A stretch of DNA of 64,000 nt, from NCBI RefSeq assembly GCF_003018255.1, contig NZ_CP027440.1. The stretch is one strand, 5' to 3'. The translations under genes were made by a program, and so were the position numbers. Positions 53,830-63,973 of this stretch are shown here, piece after piece (the first letter of the stretch is position 1; the number at the start of each line of letters is the position of its first letter). The DNA is from Escherichia coli (GTDB taxonomy: Bacteria; Pseudomonadota; Gammaproteobacteria; Enterobacterales; Enterobacteriaceae). The notes under the pieces were generated by a model. It searched no databases, had not been told where the DNA came from, and saw only the letters and a list, made by a program, of their open reading frames with translations.

Positions 53830-54515
53830 TGCAAAAGCTAAAACAGCAGGTATTTGAAGCCAATATGGATCTGCCGCGCTACGGGCTGGTGACCTTTACC
53901 TGGGGCAACGTCAGCGCCATTGACCGCGAACGCGGGCTGGTGGTGATCAAGCCCAGCGGCGTTGCCTACGAAACCATGAAAGCAGACGATATGGTGGTGG
54001 TTGATATGAGCGGCAAGGTGGTGGAAGGGGAGTATCGTCCGTCTTCCGACACCGCGACGCATCTTGAACTCTACCGCCGTTATCCGTCGCTTGGCGGCAT
54101 TGTCCATACCCATTCCACGCATGCCACCGCATGGGCGCAGGCGGGGCTGGCTATCCCGGCATTAGGCACCACGCACGCTGACTACTTCTTTGGCGATATC
54201 CCCTGTACGCGCGGGTTAAGCGAAGAAGAAGTGCAGGGGGAATACGAGCTAAACACTGGCAAAGTGATTATCGAAACGCTGGGTGACGCCGAGCCGCTGC
54301 ATACGCCGGGAATTGTGGTGTATCAGCACGGGCCATTCGCCTGGGGGAAAGATGCTCACGATGCGGTGCATAACGCGGTGGTGATGGAAGAAGTGGCGAA
54401 AATGGCGTGGATTGCCCGCGGCATTAACCCGCAACTGAATCACATCGACAGCTATCTCATGAATAAACACTTCATGCGTAAGCACGGTCCCAACGCCTAT
54501 TACGGGCAGAAGTAA
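53829..54515 (+). CDS. ulaF: L-ribulose-5-phosphate 4-epimerase UlaF
   Basis: ORF track frame; start at ATG 53829 overlapping the ulaE stop (TAATG), 228 aa. Confidence 0.95.
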   Translation: MQKLKQQVFEANMDLPRYGLVTFTWGNVSAIDRERGLVVIKPSGVAYETMKADDMVVVDMSGKVVEGEYRPSSDTATHLELYRRYPSLGGIVHTHSTHATAWAQAGLAIPALGTTHADYFFGDIPCTRGLSEEEVQGEYELNTGKVIIETLGDAEPLHTPGIVVYQHGPFAWGKDAHDAVHNAVVMEEVAKMAWIARGINPQLNHIDSYLMNKHFMRKHGPNAYYGQK

Positions 54516-54572
54516 AACACGCGCTGCGGAGATTTCCTTCTTCGGGAGATAACTGGTCTAAGTCCGCAGCCG

Positions 54573-54603
54573 TTTTTCAAAAAAAGCCCCCTGAAAAGGG
54601 GGC
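54573..54603 (-). terminator. Rho-independent terminator of yjfY
   Basis: Hairpin gccccc-tgaaaa-gggggc (54586..54603) with T-tract on the minus strand. Confidence 0.75.
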
Positions 54604-54643
54604 AAAGCAAACTATGGCAATGTTTCGTTGGTTATACCTGGTG

Positions 54644-54919
54644 CTAGCGATAAATATCCGCGCTGGCGTGCATATTGCCGTTACTCCCCGGTTCCCGCAT
54701 CAGAATCACGTGGTAGTACGTTGCGCCCTGCGCATCTGTCTCTTCATTTAATGCCTGACGCGCTTCGCTTTCAGTGGCGAAATTATGATTGATATAAATC
54801 ACGCCTAAGCTTTGCACATCGTCCATATTTCTGGCCTGGTGGTTATTAATTTCAATGGCTGCCCATGTATTTGCACTTAGCAAAAGCACAGCCAGAAGGG
54901 CTAAAACACGGCTGAACAT
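54644..54919 (-). CDS. yjfY: DUF1471-family periplasmic protein YjfY
   Basis: ORF track 91 aa; signal peptide MFSRVLALLAVLLLSANTWA. Confidence 0.85.
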   Translation of the reverse strand: MFSRVLALLAVLLLSANTWAAIEINNHQARNMDDVQSLGVIYINHNFATESEARQALNEETDAQGATYYHVILMREPGSNGNMHASADIYR

Positions 54920-55228
54920 AGATACCTCCTCGACGGCTGACTTTGTGTGCTCTCCTCTTGTGGTGATCTTCTGATTTAATTTTAATCAATGATAAAGAAG
55001 TGGATGGTGACCATTTCTGATGCAGTTGTTCAAAAAAACACCATGATGAAGTGTGATGAACTTCAAATCAGCGTGTTAGTACGATTTGGTGAAGGATGAG
55101 ATTTATTTGTCGGCTGGCCTTGAGTTTAGCGGGGTATGTCAGTACTATAACGCGTCATTTTTCAGCCGACCTTTAACACGTTCCTTGCCTCCCCGGGATT
55201 CGGCTGACCCAGACAGGAGGCTGAATAA

Positions 55229-55642
<414 letters not shown>

Positions 55643-55648
55643 TTTCTG

Positions 55649-56195
<547 letters not shown>

Positions 56196-56224
56196 TCGGT
56201 CACGGTCCATTAATACGACTTTGA

Positions 56225-56686
<462 letters not shown>

Positions 56687-56707
56687 TTCGTTATTCAACG
56701 AGACGTA

Positions 56708-56740
56708 AAAACGCCGACCAGTGGTCGGCGTTTTGCTTTT
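56708..56740 (+). terminator. Rho-independent terminator of the rpsF-priB-rpsR-rplI operon
   Basis: Hairpin cgccgacca-gt-ggtcggcg (56712..56730) followed by ttttgctttt. Confidence 0.85.
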
Positions 56741-57048
56741 AAGTGATAAAAACCGCAGAAACAGACGTTCCCTCCATAAATCTCTTGCTATTCCTTTTAT
56801 AAAAAGTTCGCAGTACCCATACCTGGCCCCCAGCCTCGCCGCTGGTAGTTCGTGTCATGTTTTTTACGCGTAAAACACGACAAAAGCATCAATACAGCGA
56901 TCGTCTCACTTGTATGATAATAAAAACAATATGTTATATATGAATGTGCTGTTATTTTATTGTTTTTATATATAAAAAGATAAAATACCATCACTTTCGT
57001 AATCTTGAACGCTTTGCAGGTGCGTTCAATCCAATAAATGCTAATATT

Positions 57049-57065
57049 ATGGCTATCATAGCCAT
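57049..57065. promoter_or_regulatory. Candidate operator: 17-bp perfect palindrome upstream of the HTH gene
   Basis: atggctat-c-atagccat with 8-bp perfect arms, 23 bp before the HTH start codon; function inferred. Confidence 0.4.
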
Positions 57066-57087
57066 AAAAAGATAAAATATTATCACT

Positions 57088-57579
57088 ATGGGTAAAAAAA
57101 CAGCACCGTTACTCCCTTATACGAATCAGATGCTTAGTGAATTTGGTGAGCGGCTGAAACTTGCTCGTTTACGACGCAGGCTTACCGCAAAGCAAGTTGC
57201 TGAACGTGCTGGGATGTCGCCAATAACATTGCGCTCTCTGGAGTCAGGAAGTGCAGGGGTCACGATAGGGGCATATTTGTCTGTGATGCAGGTTTTGGGC
57301 CTGGAAACGGATTTAAATAAGCTTGCAGCTGAAGACGACTTAGGGCGTCAGCTCCAGGATTCCCGTTTGATTAAAAAAAGAGGGCTTTCTCGTGCATCAA
57401 GTAAGAATGAAGAAGGTTCTCAGACAGCCTCATTGCAGATGAGGCACGAGAAAGAAGGTCATCTCACCACGGATTTAACAGCACTGGCAGAAGGCTCGAC
57501 GCCATCTATTACAGGAGAAACATCAACCTCTCTTGCAGCACTATTAAAACCGATAAAAAAACCGTTAAAAGGAAATTAA
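57088..57579 (+). CDS. XRE-family helix-turn-helix protein with extended Ser/Thr-rich C-terminal tail; putative HipB-like antitoxin/repressor
   Basis: ORF track 163 aa; N-terminal region ([32 protein letters not shown]) has the XRE/Cro-type HTH pattern; stop lies 2 nt before the kinase start. Confidence 0.7.
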   Translation: MGKKTAPLLPYTNQMLSEFGERLKLARLRRRLTAKQVAERAGMSPITLRSLESGSAGVTIGAYLSVMQVLGLETDLNKLAAEDDLGRQLQDSRLIKKRGLSRASSKNEEGSQTASLQMRHEKEGHLTTDLTALAEGSTPSITGETSTSLAALLKPIKKPLKGN

Positions 57580-57581
57580 TT

Positions 57582-58850
57582 ATGGCATTAATCGGAGTGT
57601 ATGCGGATTGGGAAGGCCTGGATGGTCCGGAGCGGATTGGTTATTTACACAGTCGCCGCACTCGGACGCGTGAGATATTTGAGTTTGAGTACGATAAAAA
57701 GGCGCTTGCAGATCCTTCACTTAATTTCATTCAGTTAGATCCTGAAATAATGTTGTATGAGGGAGCACACTACCCAATTCCTCCAAAGGATAAATTTGGT
57801 GCATTTAGTGATTCCTGCCCGGATCGTTGGGGGCGTATGCTAATGAAGCGTCGTTTTGAGAGGGATATTCGAGACGGGTTATGTGATAAAGACTCCCACC
57901 TTTATGAGTCTGATTATCTACTAGGTGTTCATGATCTTTATCGGGTTGGGGCCCTTCGATACAAACGTGAAGACGCTGGAGAGTTTCTTGATAATCGCAT
58001 TGATGTTGCAGCCCCACCATTTACCGAAATAGCGAGTCTGGAAAGGGCTAGCCGGGCAATTGAAGAAGATCCTGATAATAAAGAGCTAATGGGGCAAAAA
58101 TGGTTAAGAATGCTAATCGCTCCGGGGGGATCATTAGGGGGGGCACGTCCGAAAGCCAGTGTTGTTGATGAAGCTGGGCATCTCTACATCGCTAAATTTC
58201 CCAGTGTAAAAGATGAGTATGATGTTGGTGGATGGGAAATGGCCGTTAATGCACTTGCTGTTGGCTGTGGACTGAATGTTGCACCTGCTCAGGCGCATAA
58301 ATTTGCCAGCAATTACCATTGTTTTATGGTTCGTCGTTTTGACCGCACTAATGCGGGAAGGCGTCTGCATTTTGCTTCGGCTATGACACTAACCAGGCAT
58401 CAGGATGGTGAAGATGCCTCTACAGGTGTGAGTTATCTGGAATTAGCAGATGTTCTTATCAGGCATGGCGCGCAGACTAATACTGATCTTAAGGAACTCT
58501 GGTCCAGGATTGTTTTTAATATTCTTGTTTCTAATACCGATGATCATTTACGCAATCATGGATTTATCTTGATACCAGGAAAAGGTTGGCGGCTTTCTGA
58601 GGCATATGATTTGAATCCTGTGGTCAGGTCTGATGGTTTAAAACTCAATATTACGGAAAATGACAATGCACTTGATTTGGAATTAGCTAGAGAAGTTGCA
58701 GAGTATTTTCGACTTAGTTTGACGGAAGCTGATGACATTATTGCTAATTTTAGAGGGATTGTCAGTCAGTGGCGAATCATTGCCGAGCGTCTGAGATTAC
58801 CTGGTCGTGAGCAAGAGTTAATGGCAGAGGCATTCAGAGCGTCAATTTAG
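57582..58850 (+). CDS. HipA-family serine/threonine kinase (putative toxin)
   Basis: ORF track 422 aa; HipA-like motifs GGARPK (res ~186-191), NTDDHLRNHG (res ~318-327), AYD (res ~341-343) and N-terminal SDSCPDRWGR resembling the HipA N-subdomain; RBS aaaagga. Confidence 0.75.
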   Translation: MALIGVYADWEGLDGPERIGYLHSRRTRTREIFEFEYDKKALADPSLNFIQLDPEIMLYEGAHYPIPPKDKFGAFSDSCPDRWGRMLMKRRFERDIRDGLCDKDSHLYESDYLLGVHDLYRVGALRYKREDAGEFLDNRIDVAAPPFTEIASLERASRAIEEDPDNKELMGQKWLRMLIAPGGSLGGARPKASVVDEAGHLYIAKFPSVKDEYDVGGWEMAVNALAVGCGLNVAPAQAHKFASNYHCFMVRRFDRTNAGRRLHFASAMTLTRHQDGEDASTGVSYLELADVLIRHGAQTNTDLKELWSRIVFNILVSNTDDHLRNHGFILIPGKGWRLSEAYDLNPVVRSDGLKLNITENDNALDLELAREVAEYFRLSLTEADDIIANFRGIVSQWRIIAERLRLPGREQELMAEAFRASI

Positions 58851-58948
58851 AATAGTTATTTCGATATATTCGCTAAATCATAAATTTGCGAAGCAATGCC
58901 AGTAGATACTGAACGTTTTGGAAGAGACGTTTAATTTATGAGAAAAAT

Positions 58949-58981
58949 AGAAACGCTACAAAGCTAAATTATAGCGTTTCT
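58949..58981. terminator. Perfect 10-bp stem hairpin between convergent kinase gene and MFS gene
   Basis: agaaacgcta / tagcgtttct with 13-nt loop; T-rich run follows on the minus strand, so probably the MFS operon terminator. Confidence 0.55.
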
Positions 58982-58992
58982 ATGTAAAATAA

Positions 58993-60270
58993 TTAGCTTG
59001 TCGCTAACTGTACTTGTGGTTCTTCGTCTTTAACTTTGATAAGCATCCACAGCGCAATGGCGCCAATAATGTCAAAGAAAGCCAGGGCAATAAAGAACGG
59101 CGCGAAGCCAATAATGTGAACGAATGCCCCGATAAACAGGTTGAAAATCAACTGACCGCTCCATGCACAGGCTCCTGCCATACCCACAGCGGTAGCTACT
59201 TCGTCTTTTTTGAATAGGTCACCGCCCAGAGTTGCTGCAACAGTAGAAAGACATTGATGCGAGAATGCGCCAATGCTAATCAGTAATACGGCGATGTAGG
59301 GATTTTCGACAATACTCACCAGACCAATCGTCATCATAATGACGGCTGCAATAGTGAAGGTAATTCTTCGTGAGTTAATTAAACTCACGCCGCGATCGTG
59401 GAAGAACTTCGCGACAAAACCACTGGCTAAACAGCCGAGATCGCCCAGCAGGAAAGGTAGCCAGACGAACATGGCAATTTCTTTCAGGCTAAAATGCAGC
59501 GTTTCGACGAAGAAAATCGGTACCCAGAAGTTAATGGTTCCCCATGCCGGGTCAGCGAGAAAACGCGCGATGCCAATCCCCCAGAAATTACGTTGGCTGA
59601 GGATATGCTTGATTGACGTTTTTTCTTTCTTATCTGTTTTAAGATGCTGTTCTTGCCCAGACTCAATATAGTGGCGCTCTTCATCAGAAAGGCGTTTAGC
59701 ATCTTTTGGATCTTTATAACAAAAGAACCAAAATAAAGCCGCGAGTAAAGCAAGGCTACCTGAGACAATAAACGCAAATTGCCAGCTATGAAACATAATG
59801 CACCAGGCAATCAACGGTGGAGCAAGCATCGCGCCGAGTGAGGTGCCCATATTGAAAACACCTGTCGCCACGCCACGCTCTTTTGCCGGGAACCATGTTG
59901 ATGCGGTTTTTACACCCGCAGGAATTGCCGATGCTTCGCTGAAACCCATCAGGGCGCGCATAAATGCCAGACCTGACCATGTTCCTGTCAAGGCATGCCC
60001 CATTGTCGCCAGGCCCCAGATTGCGGCACATATCGCAAAACTTAACTTCAGACCCACGGTATCAATAAAGAAGCCCATTATCGGTTGCCCCAATGTATAG
60101 GCCAACTGGAATGCACTGACAATCCATGAATATTGTTCTTTGGTTATTCCGGTTGTCTCCATAATCGTTGGAGCCGCAATACCTAACGCCGTTCTGTCCA
60201 GATAATTGATTACAGTGATAAAGCATACGAGGGCAATCATATGCCATCGATAATTCTTTATTTTATTCAT
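58993..60270 (-). CDS. MFS transporter, probably anion:cation symporter (ACS) type
   Basis: ORF track 425 aa; about 12 predicted hydrophobic helices; N-terminal NYLDRT motif resembling ExuT/DgoT-type carriers. Confidence 0.75.
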   Translation of the reverse strand: MNKIKNYRWHMIALVCFITVINYLDRTALGIAAPTIMETTGITKEQYSWIVSAFQLAYTLGQPIMGFFIDTVGLKLSFAICAAIWGLATMGHALTGTWSGLAFMRALMGFSEASAIPAGVKTASTWFPAKERGVATGVFNMGTSLGAMLAPPLIAWCIMFHSWQFAFIVSGSLALLAALFWFFCYKDPKDAKRLSDEERHYIESGQEQHLKTDKKEKTSIKHILSQRNFWGIGIARFLADPAWGTINFWVPIFFVETLHFSLKEIAMFVWLPFLLGDLGCLASGFVAKFFHDRGVSLINSRRITFTIAAVIMMTIGLVSIVENPYIAVLLISIGAFSHQCLSTVAATLGGDLFKKDEVATAVGMAGACAWSGQLIFNLFIGAFVHIIGFAPFFIALAFFDIIGAIALWMLIKVKDEEPQVQLATS

Positions 60271-60362
60271 TTTTAAACCTTTTAATTATATTAATAAACC
60301 CTGGTTGTTGGTATTTCCATGTAATAGGCAATAAAAATCAGGTACAGAGGAAATATTGAAAA

Positions 60363-62435
60363 TTATTGTGTGTAAATGTCTCCCTTTAAAAAATCTGGCC
60401 AGTTTTTTTCAAAGTAAATACCGTTAATACACGGTTGCATACGTAAAGACTTTACTTCGGTAATAAAAGAACCTTGCGAATATTGAATTGTTAATTTGTG
60501 ATTTTTGTCTTCAGCGAGTTCAGAGCGAAAACGCCATTCTTCTTTTGCGCCGCGACGAGTTTGTGGTAGGCATTTGCCTTGTGGATCAATAACCATACGC
60601 GCCCCACGGCTACCACCACCAGCATCAATATAATGCGTTAATTGTGTTAATACCGCGGCAGAAGTCAGCGCCATATGCCGCCACATAAACAGCTCGGCAA
60701 CTTCACCCACATGTTTGATTGCCAATCCATGCCGTTGGACAAATTCGTTCAATAGCAGGGCATCACGAGTGGCACGTCGGACTTTATCGGCATGGCAAAT
60801 AAATCCCGCATAGTCAGACATTCGTGCCTGAATTTTTTCTCTCACAACCGACAACGGCATCCCGGTCCCGTTATCGTGCGCCTGAGTAATGATCTCTCTT
60901 ATAGAAGCCAGTGCCGGAGCTACCAGCTGTGCTATATCTCCATCAATATTACGTTTTTGCGTGCAACCAATAAAACGTGCCAGACGAACAGCAAAAACCT
61001 GCCCGGCATTCAATGCCGCACCACCAGGGCGAGTGACGCCGTGTGTGCCAGCAACTTCCCCCACGGCGAAACAGCCGGGCAGGGAGGTTTGTCCCCAGAT
61101 ATCCACTTCAATGCCGCCATTCATATGCTGATTATTCATGGCAAACTGCAAAGGCTGTGTGGTGAGATCGTAACCGTGCATCTTATACAGCGAGATAGAC
61201 AGCGGATTCATTCGTTGCAGCCGTTCGATGGGCGATGGTGCCAGAGCGTCGTTATTTTCCAGATACGCGCGAACGTCGTCGTCCAGTCGATCTAATGAGA
61301 AGGGCAGGTCACCCGGCACCGCTTCAGGATTGCGATTGAAATCCATAAATACCTGACGCCCTGATTGCTGCTCTTGCGCTACAGCCATATCTAACAAGCT
61401 GGAGCCAAACTCCATTACCCGAGTGGCGTGGAACGGCCACTGATAGCCTTTACGAAAAATGTTTGAAGCCAGCTCCTGGGTGGTGCGATAGTAATCCGCG
61501 AGGAAGTTATACTCGTTGCCCCCGGCATCCACGGAATAGATATGTGGGATCACCTGCACATAGGTGCCGGACAAATTCCACGGAAACGTGCTGCGCGGTG
61601 TGCCTATACCAAACTGGCTTTCAGTCAAATTGGTTAGCGTCAGACCTTCTTCCAGCGCCAGCCCCAGCGAGCCGAAACATTTGTGTGGGTACACACTGTC
61701 GCGATAAAGCTCGCCAGGCCCTCCTGTTGCCAGTACCACATTGGGCGCAATCACAATTGCCAGCCCCCATGGGTTATGGACGCGATGACCGGTCGCGAGG
61801 ATAGCCCCCGCCACGCGGTCTTCGCCGTTTTCGTCACGCTGATGCAGCAGTTTAATCACTGTTGCACTGGTCAACATTGGGATAGCAAGACGCTGTACTT
61901 CTTCCAGCAGCACTTTCACCATTAACCTTGAGGTACGTGGCCCACACGAGGTTGCACGCCCGGCTTCGTCATGGTCGGTTTGATAACGAAGAATCGCACC
62001 ATAGCGATCTTCCGGTAATTCCAGACCAAGATATTGCAACCCGCCAAGAGTGTGCAGAGAACCTACCGCTTCGACATAAGCAGTGTCGTGATCCATCGCC
62101 CCACCACTCGCCAGTGCCTCTGCCAGTTTGGTGAAGTTGTCGCCGTTGCCCGCGGTAGCGGCGGTAAACAGCGTCTGTTTATCGGAACCGGAGCAGGCCG
62201 ATGTTCCCATGTATAACCCGGCGGTGGCGATTAACACATTTTGCTGGCGGCGTTTAAGTTCCACAGCTGCACGCAGCCCGGCTGCACCACTGCCGACTAC
62301 CAGGGCATCTGTTTGCCAAAGTGGGTAATCAACACCGTCTACCGTGACAACCCATGCGGGTTCTGCCTGTGCAAAACCCTTTGGGAAAGTAACGTGCGTC
62401 AGCGCATCAAGGATGGTGTCATCAAGCTGACTCAT
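60363..62435 (-). CDS. FAD-dependent oxidoreductase, fumarate reductase/succinate dehydrogenase flavoprotein-like
   Basis: ORF track 690 aa; dinucleotide-binding VVGSGAAGLRAA and FrdA-like segment CFAVGEVAGTHGVTRPGGAALNAGQVF; ATG overlaps the upstream stop (ATGA). Confidence 0.7.
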   Translation of the reverse strand: MSQLDDTILDALTHVTFPKGFAQAEPAWVVTVDGVDYPLWQTDALVVGSGAAGLRAAVELKRRQQNVLIATAGLYMGTSACSGSDKQTLFTAATAGNGDNFTKLAEALASGGAMDHDTAYVEAVGSLHTLGGLQYLGLELPEDRYGAILRYQTDHDEAGRATSCGPRTSRLMVKVLLEEVQRLAIPMLTSATVIKLLHQRDENGEDRVAGAILATGHRVHNPWGLAIVIAPNVVLATGGPGELYRDSVYPHKCFGSLGLALEEGLTLTNLTESQFGIGTPRSTFPWNLSGTYVQVIPHIYSVDAGGNEYNFLADYYRTTQELASNIFRKGYQWPFHATRVMEFGSSLLDMAVAQEQQSGRQVFMDFNRNPEAVPGDLPFSLDRLDDDVRAYLENNDALAPSPIERLQRMNPLSISLYKMHGYDLTTQPLQFAMNNQHMNGGIEVDIWGQTSLPGCFAVGEVAGTHGVTRPGGAALNAGQVFAVRLARFIGCTQKRNIDGDIAQLVAPALASIREIITQAHDNGTGMPLSVVREKIQARMSDYAGFICHADKVRRATRDALLLNEFVQRHGLAIKHVGEVAELFMWRHMALTSAAVLTQLTHYIDAGGGSRGARMVIDPQGKCLPQTRRGAKEEWRFRSELAEDKNHKLTIQYSQGSFITEVKSLRMQPCINGIYFEKNWPDFLKGDIYTQ

Positions 62436-63973
62436 GCATCCTCCATCGGCGTAAACAGGCTACTTTCCATCAGGCGTGGGTGCTTGATAATTGGACGGAA
62501 AGCCATATACGGCAGAATGTCGCGCTCAATCTCCACACCCGGCGCGATTTCAATTAATTCAACGCCTTCTGCCGTTAACTGGAATACTGCGCGTTCAGTG
62601 ATATACAGCACTTCCTGACCACTTTGCTGTGCGTAGGCGGCGCTAAAAGTGATTTTTTCCACTTGGGTAACCAGTTTAGGGATTTGACCTGACTGGGCGA
62701 TATGCAGGCCATCAGGCGTTACATCAATCTTGCTGCCTTTGGCGTCAAACGTACCGCAGAACACCACTTTACGGGCGTTTTGCGCAATTTCGAGGAAGCC
62801 GCCGGGGCCAATGAGATTGCCATTGAGATGGGATACGTTGACGTTACCGTACCGATCCATCTCTCCCATGCCGAGGAAGGTGATATCGATACCGCCGCCA
62901 CTGTAGAATTCGAATTGATCGAGTGATGGAATAATGGCGTCGGCGTTACGGGCGCAGCCGAACAGAGCATCATCCAGCATCATGCCGTTATGTACGCCTT
63001 GCTCGACGCTCATCCATAAACTTTGATAAGGCACGCCTTCGCGCAGCGCAACCCCAGGAATACCGCCCGGAATACCAAAGCCAAAGTTGGTTGAAGCGCC
63101 TGCCACCAGTTCCCGTGCTGCCCGACGGGCAATCAGGCGACGCACCGGATGACTAACCAGTTCAATAGCGTCGTTAGAACTTAGACGGCGATGTTGACCG
63201 CTGATCGTCAGGTCGTAACCGCCAAGATAGGTTTGCGGTTGTTCGCGGTGTTCAACGATACCATCGACCAGAATCCCCGGTAGCTTGACCTTGCGAGGTT
63301 CAATGGCGCCAGCTTCCAGTACATCGCGCACCTGTACAAACACTTTGCCGCCACTGTTGTGTGCTGCCAGCGCCATCGAATAGCTATCCATATCAATCGC
63401 TTCTTCTTCGAGGCTAACGTTGCCACGCGGATCGGCATAGGTGCCGCGCAAAATCGCGTAGTCCACTTTGAAAGGGCGATAGCGGAGTTTGGTTTCACCG
63501 TCGATTTCAATCAGTTCTACCAGGTCGTCGGTCGTGCATTCATTCGACTTACCGCCACCATTGCGTGGATCAACAAACGATCCCAGCCCAACGTGGGTAA
63601 AAAGCCCCGGACGTCCGGCACCGATCTCCCGCAGCAGTGCCTGAATTACGCCACCAGGGAAACAGTAGGCTTCAATAGCATTGCTTTTCACCAGTTCCTG
63701 CATCTTGGGCGACCAGGTAAAATGTCCGGCAATAATGCGTTTGAGCATTTCGGCGTGAGCAAAACGGTTAGTGCCTTTGCTGTCGCGATCGCCAATACCC
63801 AGCGAGTGGATTAATGTCAGATCGCGCGGGTGTCCGGTTTGCAGGAAACGCGCTTCAATGGCGGCCATAATATGGTCAGCTTCCACCATACCGCCGCCGT
63901 TACCGCTAATGGCAATGGTTGCGCCGTCCTGAATTTGCGCCGCCAGTGTCTCGGCGGTTGATAACTTACGCAT
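62432..63973 (-). CDS. Fused two-domain acyl-CoA:acetate/3-ketoacid CoA-transferase (YdiF-like)
   Basis: ORF track 513 aa; strong resemblance to E. coli YdiF along its whole length by recall; RBS aggaaa; promoter lies beyond the window end. Confidence 0.75.
   Translation of the reverse strand: MRKLSTAETLAAQIQDGATIAISGNGGGMVEADHIMAAIEARFLQTGHPRDLTLIHSLGIGDRDSKGTNRFAHAEMLKRIIAGHFTWSPKMQELVKSNAIEAYCFPGGVIQALLREIGAGRPGLFTHVGLGSFVDPRNGGGKSNECTTDDLVELIEIDGETKLRYRPFKVDYAILRGTYADPRGNVSLEEEAIDMDSYSMALAAHNSGGKVFVQVRDVLEAGAIEPRKVKLPGILVDGIVEHREQPQTYLGGYDLTISGQHRRLSSNDAIELVSHPVRRLIARRAARELVAGASTNFGFGIPGGIPGVALREGVPYQSLWMSVEQGVHNGMMLDDALFGCARNADAIIPSLDQFEFYSGGGIDITFLGMGEMDRYGNVNVSHLNGNLIGPGGFLEIAQNARKVVFCGTFDAKGSKIDVTPDGLHIAQSGQIPKLVTQVEKITFSAAYAQQSGQEVLYITERAVFQLTAEGVELIEIAPGVEIERDILPYMAFRPIIKHPRLMESSLFTPMEDA

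Noticed and set aside
56797-56994. 65-aa minus-strand ORF in the AT-rich junction after rplI
   Set aside because: No RBS, a translation dominated by Tyr/Phe/Ile from AT-rich DNA, and it overlaps the direct-repeat and palindrome elements; more likely non-coding regulatory DNA.
57582-58850. Possibility that the HipA-like gene is the K-12 hipA or yjjJ orthologue
   Set aside because: Genomic context differs (K-12 hipBA and yjjJ lie elsewhere and yjjJ is not preceded by a separate HTH gene, from memory); treated as a distinct HipA-family module, pending a database check.
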